Positions 8,774-17,972 of a DNA stretch of 64,000 bases are shown one piece after another. Origin of the DNA: a virus (taxonomy: Duplodnaviria; Caudoviricetes); IMG/VR virus record IMGVR_UViG_3300028805_000070, positions 1 to 64,000 of that record. One strand, written 5' to 3'. The notes below the pieces were generated by a model. It saw nothing but the letters and a program-made list of their open reading frames with translations, did not search any database and was not told where the DNA came from. Within the stretch, counting starts at the first letter, position 1, and each line of letters begins with the position of its first letter. The translations under genes and the position numbers were made by a program.

Positions 8774-9541
8774 TTACTCCCGGCAAGTAAAGTTGTATGT
8801 ATCATTCCGTACATATTTTTTCAAGTACATTCCAGATACAATCTGTTTTCCGTTGACTTTAATGGTAAAGGGTTTTTCCTGTTCGCGTTTCAGAATCTTA
8901 TTAACCTTATAATCTTCGCCCCACTGCGCGCCTTGAGCAATACAGAAAAAGAGAATATCACTTTCAATCTCTACATCATAAAGCCCCATGTGCGCTTCGT
9001 CAAAGTCTGTATTGTTCTTAATGTACCGATAGACAATTTCCGCACTCGCTTTATAGTTTCCGGTGTCAGTGAAAAACTGGTGCTGTTCGCAGAAATCCTT
9101 ATATGAATCGGTGTAAGTAATCCATTTTGACGCATAGCCCCAAATGTCGTGAATTGCCACATTGTCAAAGGGATTAAACGTTTTGAACCAGTCACAATTA
9201 AACGTGAATACTTTATCGTCAAAGTCAGAATTGTAGGCATAGGCATCAGTGACTTCGTACTTCTTAATATCACGAATCATTTCTTGCATAGTATAGCCCC
9301 ACTTGGTCAAGGTTGCCTTGTGTGCACGCATAAGCTGAACATAAAGAGGGCGCTTGTCCTTGTAGTAGGCAGTTTCAAACAGGGGCAAATTATGCCATAC
9401 CTGTTCAATCACGAAATGTTTTGCTTCCATAACATCACCGGTGTCAGTATCAAGAATCTGGTATCCGACATCATAGCAGAAGCATTTTTCAAGGCCGGTC
9501 GTTTCGGTATCAAACACCATAATATATTTGCCCATTTTCAT
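8774..9541 (-). CDS. DEDDh 3'-5' exonuclease, paralog 2
   Basis: VFDTETTG, AYNSDFD, EAHMGLYD; shares AYY..KRPLY with 5508-6497. Confidence 0.85.
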   Translation of the reverse strand: MKMGKYIMVFDTETTGLEKCFCYDVGYQILDTDTGDVMEAKHFVIEQVWHNLPLFETAYYKDKRPLYVQLMRAHKATLTKWGYTMQEMIRDIKKYEVTDAYAYNSDFDDKVFTFNCDWFKTFNPFDNVAIHDIWGYASKWITYTDSYKDFCEQHQFFTDTGNYKASAEIVYRYIKNNTDFDEAHMGLYDVEIESDILFFCIAQGAQWGEDYKVNKILKREQEKPFTIKVNGKQIVSGMYLKKYVRNDTYNFTCRE

Positions 9542-9664
9542 AAGTCCTTTCTGGTTTTTGGTGAGGTATCCTTCCTCTTATCGTTACGATTATATCACAA
9601 TAACGGGAAAACCGCAAGCGTATAATTAGATGTATTACATCTAAAATCTCAAAATGAAATTGGG

Positions 9665-10108
9665 TTACTCCTGATGGAGCAACCCGGAAAGGGTGGAAAG
9701 GATTTCGGAAGGTTCATAAGCCTTGCCAGTCCAGTCATTTCTAATATCTTCGTTATCGTCAAACAGAATATCATCCTCTTCCGCAAAATCCTGCTTTGGA
9801 GTGCCATATTCTACAATATAAATTTCATCGAAAGAAACACTCCGCAGGTGGTCGTGTAGCCAATTCAGCTTTGCAATTTCAACCGCCCGGTTGTACTTTG
9901 CAGAGCCGCCCTTGGAAGTCCAGCTAATGATTCCGATTTCATAACCGAGCTTCTGGAGCTGGTTAAGATACCGGGCCAACATACTCATATTCAGCATAAC
10001 CTCAGCTTCCGCATAGGGAGAAGCATCGGAAGCCCGCAATTTTGGAAGCCAATTTTCCACCGCATACAGGTTCGCAATCGTGCCATCCATATCAAACCAA
10101 ATCTTCAT
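9665..10108 (-). CDS. HAD-superfamily 5'-nucleotidase/deoxyribonucleotidase-like protein
   Basis: Motif I FDMDGTIA, motif II IISW, motif IV ILFDD. Confidence 0.8.
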   Translation of the reverse strand: MKIWFDMDGTIANLYAVENWLPKLRASDASPYAEAEVMLNMSMLARYLNQLQKLGYEIGIISWTSKGGSAKYNRAVEIAKLNWLHDHLRSVSFDEIYIVEYGTPKQDFAEEDDILFDDNEDIRNDWTGKAYEPSEILSTLSGLLHQE

Positions 10109-10233
10109 CTTCAAGACCTCTCTTTCTGTTCCCTCTCGGAACAATGATATAATATCATAAATTGGGGAAAATGTCAAATGGTGAAATTAGATGTAATACA
10201 TCTAATTCGTAAAATGAAATGCGGTTTTCCGCA

Positions 10234-10428
10234 TTATCGGTTGGTCAGAAGTTTCACGACTACGGCAATTCCGACAATCAGTAGATCAAGTACCCACGAA
10301 ATCCAAAGCGGCGCGAGAACCCATACCCAACCCCAATTGATAACGCCGCACAATTTCAGAACAATGAAAGCAATAGTAAGCGCACCGCAGAAACCGATTC
10401 CACTCTTGTTACAATTCTTATTTTCCAT
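10234..10428 (-). CDS. Small two-helix membrane protein
   Basis: GIGF.GALTIAFIVLKLCGVINW.W.WVLAPLWI pattern of small phage membrane proteins. Confidence 0.8.
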   Translation of the reverse strand: MENKNCNKSGIGFCGALTIAFIVLKLCGVINWGWVWVLAPLWISWVLDLLIVGIAVVVKLLTNR

Positions 10429-10571
10429 TTTCTTTCCTTCCTTTCTTCGCCTTTCCCTTTCGGCAAGAGTATAATATCATACTTAAAGGAAAAAAGCAAT
10501 ACTTACAATTAGATGTATTACATCTAATTATAAAGAATGAAATTAGCCCGCCCAGTAGGGCGGGCCGTGTA

Positions 10572-10904
10572 TTACGCCCGGGTGTAGGAATTAACCTTAC
10601 CCTCGTGCTTAACAACATCATCAGTCCAGTAGTGCCCCAGTGCGTACTGCACCTTGGCCTTGGTAAAGCCGGCGGGCAGTTCCTTCTCCACGGCTTCGAA
10701 GATTTCCGCCACGGTCACAGGGGTCGCTTCGGGAATCACGTTCAGGACAATATCCCGAGCGGAATCGTACAGCTTGCGGTTGGCATCAGCTTTCTCAGCT
10801 CCCCGGTTCAGCTCAGCGTTCAGCTCAGCACGGACGGTCTCGGCTTCGGGCGTGTCGATGTTCGCAATCAGGGACAGGATGGTGGTCATAGTGTTCTTCT
10901 TCAT
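10572..10904 (-). CDS. Coiled-coil + winged-helix protein, paralog 3
   Basis: Same motifs as 4283-4609; A-tract TTGACA promoter near 10980. Confidence 0.75.
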   Translation of the reverse strand: MKKNTMTTILSLIANIDTPEAETVRAELNAELNRGAEKADANRKLYDSARDIVLNVIPEATPVTVAEIFEAVEKELPAGFTKAKVQYALGHYWTDDVVKHEGKVNSYTRA

Positions 10905-11156
10905 AATCATTTTCCTTTCTGGTTTGTGAGGTGGCCTTCCTCTTTCTTACGGGACTATTATATCACCGATTCAGCATCTTGTCAAGAGGTTTTTCAAACT
11001 TTTTTTCAGTTTCCTCTTGGTAAGCTGTCCTTACCTCGGGTGTTCCGTGTCCCTCGGAACAATTATTATTATACTCAAATTTCGGGAAAAGTCAACAATT
11101 GGAGTTAGATGTAATACATCTAATTATTTGATTTGAAAAAAACTAAGGCTTGCGCC

Positions 11157-12176
11157 TTAGTTCTGAGAGAGAGAAGAAAGATAAGACTTGATTTCATTAG
11201 CAAATACCCGTTCGGGTTCTTCGGGACGGTGGTTCCATCTTGCCAGATACTGGACAATGCGCCAGTTATTGCTAATTTCACAAGTGATGAGAGACTGGTC
11301 GGGTGCGGACTTTTTGCGGATAACCACAACGTGCGTGCTTCCCGCCGCTACCTTTTCCATATACAAGCGTTCAACACAATTATCTTGTGCTTCCGCTTCT
11401 TTATGGAATTGAGCGGCGGTAAGCAGAGGGAACATTACGTAGGTATCATTTTCATAATACAGTTCTTTCAAATCATTATGCTTTGCCAGATTTTCATCCA
11501 TATGTTCGTTTTTCCATACTTGATACATATGAGCAGTCTTGCAAATAGTAATCAGAAAGTTCTTAGTGATAGCCGGGTTGTTCTGCCCCATATTCTGGCA
11601 CCGAGTATAGTAATCTTCGAGTATAGACATCCGATTATAAGAGCCAAAACAATATTCATAATCTTCTAATTGAAGCCTCAGTAATGCCTTAATTGCCCAA
11701 TCAATCGGAAGTTCCCATTGATAATTATCCCGAATCATATTATCAATCAGAGTCCGATTGTTCCGAGTAAGCATCTGATATTCAGGCATCATAGCATAAG
11801 TAAATTTATTTTGAGCATAACAGGAAAGCTCACCATCAAACTGCTTTTTGATATAGTCCACAAAATCTTTTTTCAAATTCGGGAACGGATAATCACTATT
11901 AGACAGAATGTCGTGGTCAGCAGTATACAGGCCCACGCTTGCCAGACGCTCCCACCTATCAAGTGCCAAGGCCAGCTCTTCACCCATCAGATGAGAGCTA
12001 ATCCACCTGTGAGAAGTAATCATACGGTCATAAACAGACCCACGGAACGCCGGAGAAATGCCTTTCAGCTGAGTTCCTTTGTTGCCATAGCAAATACCAG
12101 TGGCCCAATCATACTGAGCCTTAATAACATCACCATCAAACGCAATCAGCAGATTCTTCTCTTTACGATAATCCAT
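11157..12176 (-). CDS. PcfJ-like domain protein
   Basis: C-terminal E...Q.NCV..Y...V..G...V.IRK...P..S..T.EI......VQ pattern. Confidence 0.65.
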   Translation of the reverse strand: MDYRKEKNLLIAFDGDVIKAQYDWATGICYGNKGTQLKGISPAFRGSVYDRMITSHRWISSHLMGEELALALDRWERLASVGLYTADHDILSNSDYPFPNLKKDFVDYIKKQFDGELSCYAQNKFTYAMMPEYQMLTRNNRTLIDNMIRDNYQWELPIDWAIKALLRLQLEDYEYCFGSYNRMSILEDYYTRCQNMGQNNPAITKNFLITICKTAHMYQVWKNEHMDENLAKHNDLKELYYENDTYVMFPLLTAAQFHKEAEAQDNCVERLYMEKVAAGSTHVVVIRKKSAPDQSLITCEISNNWRIVQYLARWNHRPEEPERVFANEIKSYLSSLSQN

Positions 12177-12301
12177 CTTTCTCTCTCCTTTCGTTGTCCC
12201 TCTCTCTTGGAACAATTGTATTATATCACAATATAGGAAAATTGCAATAGGAGAAGTTAGATGTATTACATCTAATTCTTTGAAACCAAATTGGTTATGA
12301 C

Positions 12302-12448
12302 TTATTCCAGCTCCTTCCCTTTATGCTTTGGCTTTTTATTGCGCTTATCTGGAATAACGCGAGTTACACAATAACCCTGCGGAAACTCCTTGCGCTCGGA
12401 CTGGAATACCTCCACCCACGTTTTAGGTTGCTTCTTCTTCTTGCTCAT
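12302..12448 (-). CDS. Small basic protein (48 aa, MSKKKKQPKTW...)
   Basis: Not in the ORF track. AAAGGAG RBS, TAA 12302-12304, promoter under palindrome 12517. Confidence 0.7.
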   Translation of the reverse strand: MSKKKKQPKTWVEVFQSERKEFPQGYCVTRVIPDKRNKKPKHKGKELE

Positions 12449-12550
12449 AATCTTCTCTCCTTTCCTTGGTACGTTGTAAGTATATCATAATCATACGTAA
12501 TTGTCAATTCTTATAATTAGATGTAATACATCTAAATATAAAAGTTACCC

Positions 12551-12817
12551 TCAGTCGAGGGTAACATCATACCACGCATAATCGCCCCATGTGCCGCCAT
12601 CAAAATGTTCTGATACATAATCGTCCCAGGCTTCTTCCTCATCGGTATAATCGCAATCTTCCAGCCACCAATTGAAGTCCTTATAAATCGAATAATTATC
12701 ACGGTGTTCTTCAAACCAATCACGGCAGGCTTGCCGAATCGGTTCGATAGTAGTATAAGCGTGAAGGGGTTCACCTTCCAATGTCAGAACGTATATCGTT
12801 TTACTTTCCTGTTTCAT
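12551..12817 (-). CDS. Acidic hypothetical protein
   Basis: Single-gene cassette; very Asp/Glu/Trp/Tyr-rich. Confidence 0.75.
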   Translation of the reverse strand: MKQESKTIYVLTLEGEPLHAYTTIEPIRQACRDWFEEHRDNYSIYKDFNWWLEDCDYTDEEEAWDDYVSEHFDGGTWGDYAWYDVTLD

Positions 12818-12933
12818 CGTAAGCACTTCCTTTCTGTCCCTTCGGACAAGTGTATTCTATCATATTTTTAGGAAAAGCGCAAGAGATAGAATTAGATGTA
12901 TTACATCTAATTATTCAAAACCAAATTGGCGCC

Positions 12934-13257
12934 TTAGCGCCAAATGGTCTTTCCGCCCTGCGTATATTTACTCTGATTGTGGTCTACCTTTTTCCGCAGG
13001 AAGTTCGGTACTTTCTTCGGGCCACCGTACACGGCTACCAGCTCACGCTGAGTGGTTACGTACATCGTGATAACTTTCAGCTTGTCCTCGGATTTAATGA
13101 TTGTAATGCCCGTGTCAGTGATGCACACATAGCACCCAGCTTGTCCCAGCCCACGGCCGCGGTACTGCTCGCGTACTACCTGTCCGATGCCGATTTCTTC
13201 CACGATATGCTGAACCCGGTTTGCTCTCTGCACTGCCACGTGATAGGTCATTTCCAT
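12934..13257 (-). CDS. Hypothetical protein
   Basis: Single-gene cassette between palindromes 12892 and 13334. Confidence 0.75.
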   Translation of the reverse strand: MEMTYHVAVQRANRVQHIVEEIGIGQVVREQYRGRGLGQAGCYVCITDTGITIIKSEDKLKVITMYVTTQRELVAVYGGPKKVPNFLRKKVDHNQSKYTQGGKTIWR

Positions 13258-13379
13258 TGCTCTTTCTCCTTTCTCTGTCCCCTTTGGACAAGTATATATT
13301 AGCATATCTTAAAGGAAAAAGCAAGAGGAAGAATTAGATGTATTACATCTAATTCGTATAAGGGTAAGCGCCGAAGCGC

Positions 13380-13613
13380 TTACTCATTATCAACAATCTC
13401 CCAATCGCCGGCGGTCAGGATGTTTCCGAGGTCTTTCTCTACAAAGTCAAAGCCCTCGCGCCGAGCTTCTACTACCAGATCTTCCAGCTGTTCCATAAAA
13501 TACTCAGCTCTCCGCTTGCGGTGGGCAATCTGACCAAAAATGTCAGCCAGACGGTCCATTTCATCCGCGCTCATAATATCAGTGTTAATCATCGTTCCGC
13601 CAATACGTACCAT
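13380..13613 (-). CDS. Hypothetical protein
   Basis: Single-gene cassette between 13334 and 13689. Confidence 0.75.
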   Translation of the reverse strand: MVRIGGTMINTDIMSADEMDRLADIFGQIAHRKRRAEYFMEQLEDLVVEARREGFDFVEKDLGNILTAGDWEIVDNE

Positions 13614-13731
13614 TTTCTTTCCTTCCTTTCTTGTCCCTTTGGACAAGTATAATATATCACAACCATAGAAGAATGTCAATCATAGAAGTTAGATGTAATA
13701 CATCTAATTACAAGAAACCGGGTGAACCCGG

Positions 13732-13956
13732 TTAAATGGCCTTGGCGTAATAGACAAGCGACATCCCAGTTTCGGGAGAGCAGTTGTAATAAAAGATTGC
13801 GTTACACAGCTTATCAAAGTCGGCGGTGGGGTCATCAGCTGGTTTAGTAGTCCAGCTTGCCAGCATACCATCGGGCCGGACGCGGTTGGGAATAATCATA
13901 ACTTCTTCGCCCTCGTTGTAGAGTTTCCGTGCCATACCCTTAGTAATCTTAACCAT
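13732..13956 (-). CDS. Hypothetical protein
   Basis: Single-gene cassette between 13689 and 14033. Confidence 0.75.
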   Translation of the reverse strand: MVKITKGMARKLYNEGEEVMIIPNRVRPDGMLASWTTKPADDPTADFDKLCNAIFYYNCSPETGMSLVYYAKAI

Positions 13957-14073
13957 ATCTGATTCCTTCCTTTCTGTCCCCTTCGGACAAGTATATAATA
14001 TCATAAATCGGGAAAAATGTCAAACGATAGAATTAGATGTATTACATCTAATTTTTAAAGAGTGACCGCAAGG

Positions 14074-14268
14074 TCACCACTCGATTGGCTTCAATTCTAC
14101 TTTATATCGGATAGTATAGTCATGTCCATCAATAGTAATGGTGCGGCAGGCGGAGTAAGGAAAGCACTCAGATAGAGAAGTGACGTCGGGGAACATATCA
14201 AAGGTGACGTCTACCATATTTACTGCATCATCAGCAAGCGCGTGAAGGGTATTTTTCAGTTCTTCCAT
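14074..14268 (-). CDS. Hypothetical protein
   Basis: Single-gene cassette; AAACCAGAAAGGA leader. Confidence 0.7.
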   Translation of the reverse strand: MEELKNTLHALADDAVNMVDVTFDMFPDVTSLSECFPYSACRTITIDGHDYTIRYKVELKPIEW

Positions 14269-14400
14269 TGTCGTGTCCTTTCTGGTTTGGGAGGTTGCCT
14301 TCCTCTTTACGTACACATTATATCATATTATGGGATAAAGTCAAGCAGTAAAGTTGGATGTATTACATCTAATAGTGAAGAATGAAATAAGGCAAGGGAT

Positions 14401-14643
14401 TTATTCCCTTGCCATTACTTCCTTGTAGTCGAGGTCTAACCATTCGCACACCGTTTCAAAGTCAAACCAGAAGAAATCATTTACTTCGGTGATACTCATA
14501 GGCTCGTCACCAGTTGTGGCGTTAATTTCTTCCAACTGGTTTTCAATGCTATCCAGCTCTTCGGGTGTTAACTTGGCGGCATTGCTTGCGGCGCTACCCC
14601 AGAAATGGAAATCCCTCAGTCTTTTTTCAATCGTCATTGTCAT
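14401..14643 (-). CDS. Acidic hypothetical protein
   Basis: F.FW..A...A..LT.EELD.IE..L...T..NDFFWF pattern; single-gene cassette. Confidence 0.75.
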   Translation of the reverse strand: MTMTIEKRLRDFHFWGSAASNAAKLTPEELDSIENQLEEINATTGDEPMSITEVNDFFWFDFETVCEWLDLDYKEVMARE

Positions 14644-14773
14644 TTTCTTTCGCTCCTTTTCTTTTTCTCTGTTCCCTTGGAACAATTGTATATTATCATA
14701 ATTTATGTAAGAAGTCAACGGTTAAAGTTGGATGTATTACATCCAAATATAAAAGAGAATTAAGGCCGAAGCC

Positions 14774-15004
14774 TTAATTCTCTATGAATCCATATAGAGA
14801 ATAGTAAGTAATGTCGGTGTTGTATTCATTAACGCTCTTTTCGCGCTCGATGCCCAGCTTGCGCTCCCATTTCTGTAACTCCAGCTCGCCTTGCCGGTTA
14901 TCTACAATCAGAAACAGGTCAACTTCGGCTTCCGTATCATAGTAGCCGATGCGGGTCTCATTGATGTGTGGGCCGCAAGTCATGGTGATGCTGATGGTTT
15001 TCAT
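14774..15004 (-). CDS. Hypothetical protein
   Basis: Single-gene cassette. Confidence 0.7.
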   Translation of the reverse strand: MKTISITMTCGPHINETRIGYYDTEAEVDLFLIVDNRQGELELQKWERKLGIEREKSVNEYNTDITYYSLYGFIEN

Positions 15005-15123
15005 TGCTTCTTCCTTCCTTTCTCTCCCCTTGGAGTGATTATAGTATAACATAGAGATAGGGAAGTGTCAATAGAGATAATTAGATGTAATACATCCAAA
15101 TTTACCACAAAGAAAATGGTTGC

Positions 15124-15363
15124 TCACGAATGAGCAACCACACGCCCGTTGCGGGCAATGTATTCTTCAAAAGTACGCGGTCCCAGCTCGCTCATAGCCT
15201 GCGTCCAGCTTGCCATCAGGTACACGCGCCCAGCGCGCCCGCCGAGGAACGAGGTTGCCAGCTCGCGCAGCTTACGCTCGCTTCTTACGGAAGAGGGCAC
15301 CTTAATCTGTCCATCGTTACCCATAGGGATCCATCCGGTATTGTCTGCATAGAACATATACAT
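15124..15363 (-). CDS. Hypothetical protein
   Basis: Single-gene cassette; GAAAGGAG RBS. Confidence 0.7.
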   Translation of the reverse strand: MYMFYADNTGWIPMGNDGQIKVPSSVRSERKLRELATSFLGGRAGRVYLMASWTQAMSELGPRTFEEYIARNGRVVAHS

Positions 15364-15489
15364 TGCTTCAATCTCCTTTCTTGTTCCTCTCTCTGAGGAC
15401 AATATCATTATATCATATTATAAGGAAAAGTCAAGTCGGGAAATTGGATGTAATACATCCAAATAAAGTGAAATAAAATAAACCGGGGT

Positions 15490-15765
15490 TCAACCCCGGT
15501 TTTCAATTTCGCCTGTATGAATATTGAACCGCATATTGTTGAGATACAGATGTTTGGCCAACTGATAAGTAAATCCCAATTCGCGCATGAACCATCCGAT
15601 GTGCTTAATGGTAGTGCGGCTATACAAACCGCTAATTTCCATCCAGCCTTCCGCATTGATTCCAATAACCGCCGTGGCGTAGCTTACCAGCGTCATAGCA
15701 CCGTTGTCGTACTTATAAACCTTAACCTGTGCGCTCTCGTGGCCCTTAATCTTTTCGATACTCAT
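15490..15765 (-). CDS. Hypothetical protein
   Basis: LVSY.T.V...I.GLYSRTT.KHI pattern common in small phage proteins; GAGG RBS. Confidence 0.75.
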   Translation of the reverse strand: MSIEKIKGHESAQVKVYKYDNGAMTLVSYATAVIGINAEGWMEISGLYSRTTIKHIGWFMRELGFTYQLAKHLYLNNMRFNIHTGEIENRG

Positions 15766-15876
15766 TGCTTTTACCTCTCTTTTATTTATTGTCCCTTCGG
15801 ACAAGTGTATATTATCATACTTATAAGAGAATGTCAACACGTATTTTTGGATGTAATACATCCAAACCGCGCGTAT

Positions 15877-16160
15877 AAAAAAGAGCGGTTGCCCGCTCCG
15901 GCTGTTTGCCCGCACATTTACGGACTCAAGTTCGTTTTTCCCGAACAGGGCGCCACCCTTTGCATCCATCCTACCAGCCCCGGGGTCCCAGATGCTCCCC
16001 TGTTGTTGCCTCAACATTTAAGCCAGCTCCCAGCTGACCCCAGGCTCCTCACCTGTATACCGCGTAGTAGGACTTCGGCGCGCGGTTGGTTCATCGGGTA
16101 GCGGTCTTACGGACTCTCGTGGGTCGCACCTCTTGGCTTTGCCGCCCCTCCCCTTGGAAC
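15877..16160 (-). ncRNA. Structured non-coding RNA, copy A (~285 nt)
   Basis: Promoter under palindrome 16205, terminator 15877-15898, GC-rich, no RBS-linked ORF; homologous to 17305-17600 with compensatory stem changes. Confidence 0.75.
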
Positions 16161-16233
16161 ATGTATAGATTACCACTTTTCGATGAAAAAAGCAAGAGGG
16201 CAAGTTGGATGTAATACATCCAAATATACGTAA

Positions 16234-16517
16234 TAAAAAAAGAGCCGTTCGGCTCTGTGTCAACAGGGTCCGGGGCATCCTCGTTTCCCGGTTTTGAAGG
16301 TCTTACACGAGCAACTCGCGCTCTCGCAACTGGCTTCTGCCTCCCTGGGGCTTGTTAAGGCGGTGGCCATCCGCCATTCAGTTGTCAAGGTTCAATGCCG
16401 GCCTTGGGGCTCCTGCCCTCAACCGACTGGGTGCTTACCTCCCGCCCATGTGGCCCGCTTCGCACCTGCCCGCGGGCCGGAGGGCCTCAATCCCCATCGG
16501 AATCACCTCCCGTTGAT
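16234..16517 (-). ncRNA. GC-rich structured RNA cassette containing a 20-codon sORF (16435-16497)
   Basis: Promoter under palindrome 16562 (TATACT 16524-16529), terminator 16234-16256, multiple hairpins; GGAGGTG RBS before MGIEALRPAGRCEAGHMGGR. Confidence 0.55.
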
Positions 16518-16613
16518 GGATAGAGTATAGCACTAACCGTCGAAAAGCGCAAGACCTCAATTTGGATGTATTACATCCAATTTATATAGGGCGCATTTAT
16601 GCGCCTTACGCCA

Positions 16614-16769
16614 TTACCGCCAAATGACGCGGTACCACTGCTTTTTCGCCCAATTTTCCGCGCCCTTGCGGGTTTTGAAAAACTTGACGCGCTCGCCCTG
16701 CTGCCCTGCACCCGTCCATTTCCAAATCTCAAAACCGCCGCGCATTTCGTAAATTTCGTAGTACATCAT
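16614..16769 (-). CDS. Small hypothetical protein
   Basis: Single-gene cassette; FKTRKGAENWA motif. Confidence 0.7.
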   Translation of the reverse strand: MMYYEIYEMRGGFEIWKWTGAGQQGERVKFFKTRKGAENWAKKQWYRVIWR

Positions 16770-16896
16770 GTTTCTGTTCCTCCCCTCTCTTGATGCCCTT
16801 ATTATACACCCGGTTACGGGAATTGTCAACGATTATTTTGGATGTAATACATCCAAACGATTTAAAAATGAAATTGCCCGGTTTCGGGCAATTTCG

Positions 16897-17208
16897 TTAG
16901 CAGTAGACAAGCGACATATCTTTCCATTTCAAAATTGAAATTTGCTTATGTTCGCGCCCAATGGCGAGCGCCTGTTTTTTGGTACTAATGCGGAAACTAT
17001 GGTCAATATAGTAAATTCCTTCACTGTACCAAATACCACAATTTCCCTGTAGTTGACGTACTACCTTTATGGCGGCTTCCGCCGTTGTCAATTCATACCC
17101 GTAATCCGCCACCTGATATCCCGTCTTATAGGTAATAGGCTTGCCCGCTTTGAGTGTGAGCCCGTCATTGTTCTGCAACTTCCTCAATGTCCGCACGTTG
17201 ATCATCAT
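16897..17208 (-). CDS. Hypothetical protein
   Basis: G.W...G.YYID.S......A...G....Q.SI..W pattern; GGAG RBS. Confidence 0.75.
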   Translation of the reverse strand: MMINVRTLRKLQNNDGLTLKAGKPITYKTGYQVADYGYELTTAEAAIKVVRQLQGNCGIWYSEGIYYIDHSFRISTKKQALAIGREHKQISILKWKDMSLVYC

Positions 17209-17304
17209 GGTGTCCTCCCTTCTTTGATGGTATAAGTATATCATAAAATGTGCGGACGCGCAAGACTTTAATTTGGATGTAATACATCCAATTATTGCAT
17301 AAGC

Positions 17305-17600
17305 GAAAATTCCTGGTACTACATTCCCCGGAATTTTCTAACCGATTTCAACGGATCCTTTCCGTTTTCCCTACGGCTGACGGGAAGGGGAGGTCTTCAC
17401 GAGATGAATCCCTGCCTGTTTCAGTCCCCTGCAGGTGCTGCCTCGACATTTGAACCAGCTCCCAGCTGATCCCACAGCTCGCCACTGTGTATCCCGCACC
17501 ATCTCGCTCTTTCGGCGTGCGGCCGGTTCATCGCGCGTGGTCTTACAGACTCTCATGGGTCACACCCGCCTTAGGGCTCTGCCCGCGCTCCCCTCGGAAC
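17305..17600 (-). ncRNA. Structured non-coding RNA, copy B (~295 nt)
   Basis: Promoter under palindrome 17645, terminator 17305-17338; paralog of 15877-16160. Confidence 0.75.
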
Positions 17601-17740
17601 AAGTATAGAATATCACTAACAGGGCTATATGTCAACACGGGAAGTTGGATGTATTACATCTAAAAGCGTGTCTTGCTTTTATAGCCTAAATGTGTTATAT
17701 TATAATCACTCCAAAGGGAGGAAGAAAGGATGGTAGAAAC

Positions 17741-17908
17741 ATGAAAGAGTATTTCTGGATGCACAAGGAAAACGGTTATCTGGTACGGGAAAGTGGTTTG
17801 TTTGATGATGCTATGCTGAATGGCTATGACGACATCACGGACCCCTGTTCCGTGGAATATGGCAATTATGAATTATATTATGAAAAGACAAACATGGCGG
17901 TTAAATAA
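17741..17908 (+). CDS. Small hypothetical protein (inverted cassette)
   Basis: TTGCTT 17673 lies 9 bp right of palindrome 17645; GAAAGGA RBS; terminator 17894-17918, then palindrome 17923. Confidence 0.75.
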   Translation: MKEYFWMHKENGYLVRESGLFDDAMLNGYDDITDPCSVEYGNYELYYEKTNMAVK

Positions 17909-17972
17909 CCGCCATTTCTATATTGGATGTAATACATCCAAAAGTGCCTACGCGAAAAAGAAGGAAGAGACC

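Noticed and set aside
5460-12236. Long plus-strand ORFs such as 5460-6548, 9149-9625, 11133-11669, 11718-12236
   Set aside because: Antisense shadows of minus-strand genes that have motifs, RBS and promoters; no RBS or promoter of their own.
12300-15270. Strand-biased CCAGCT hits inside the array
   Set aside because: Those within genes are explained by Glu/Gln-Leu codons on the minus strand; only the two non-coding clusters were kept.
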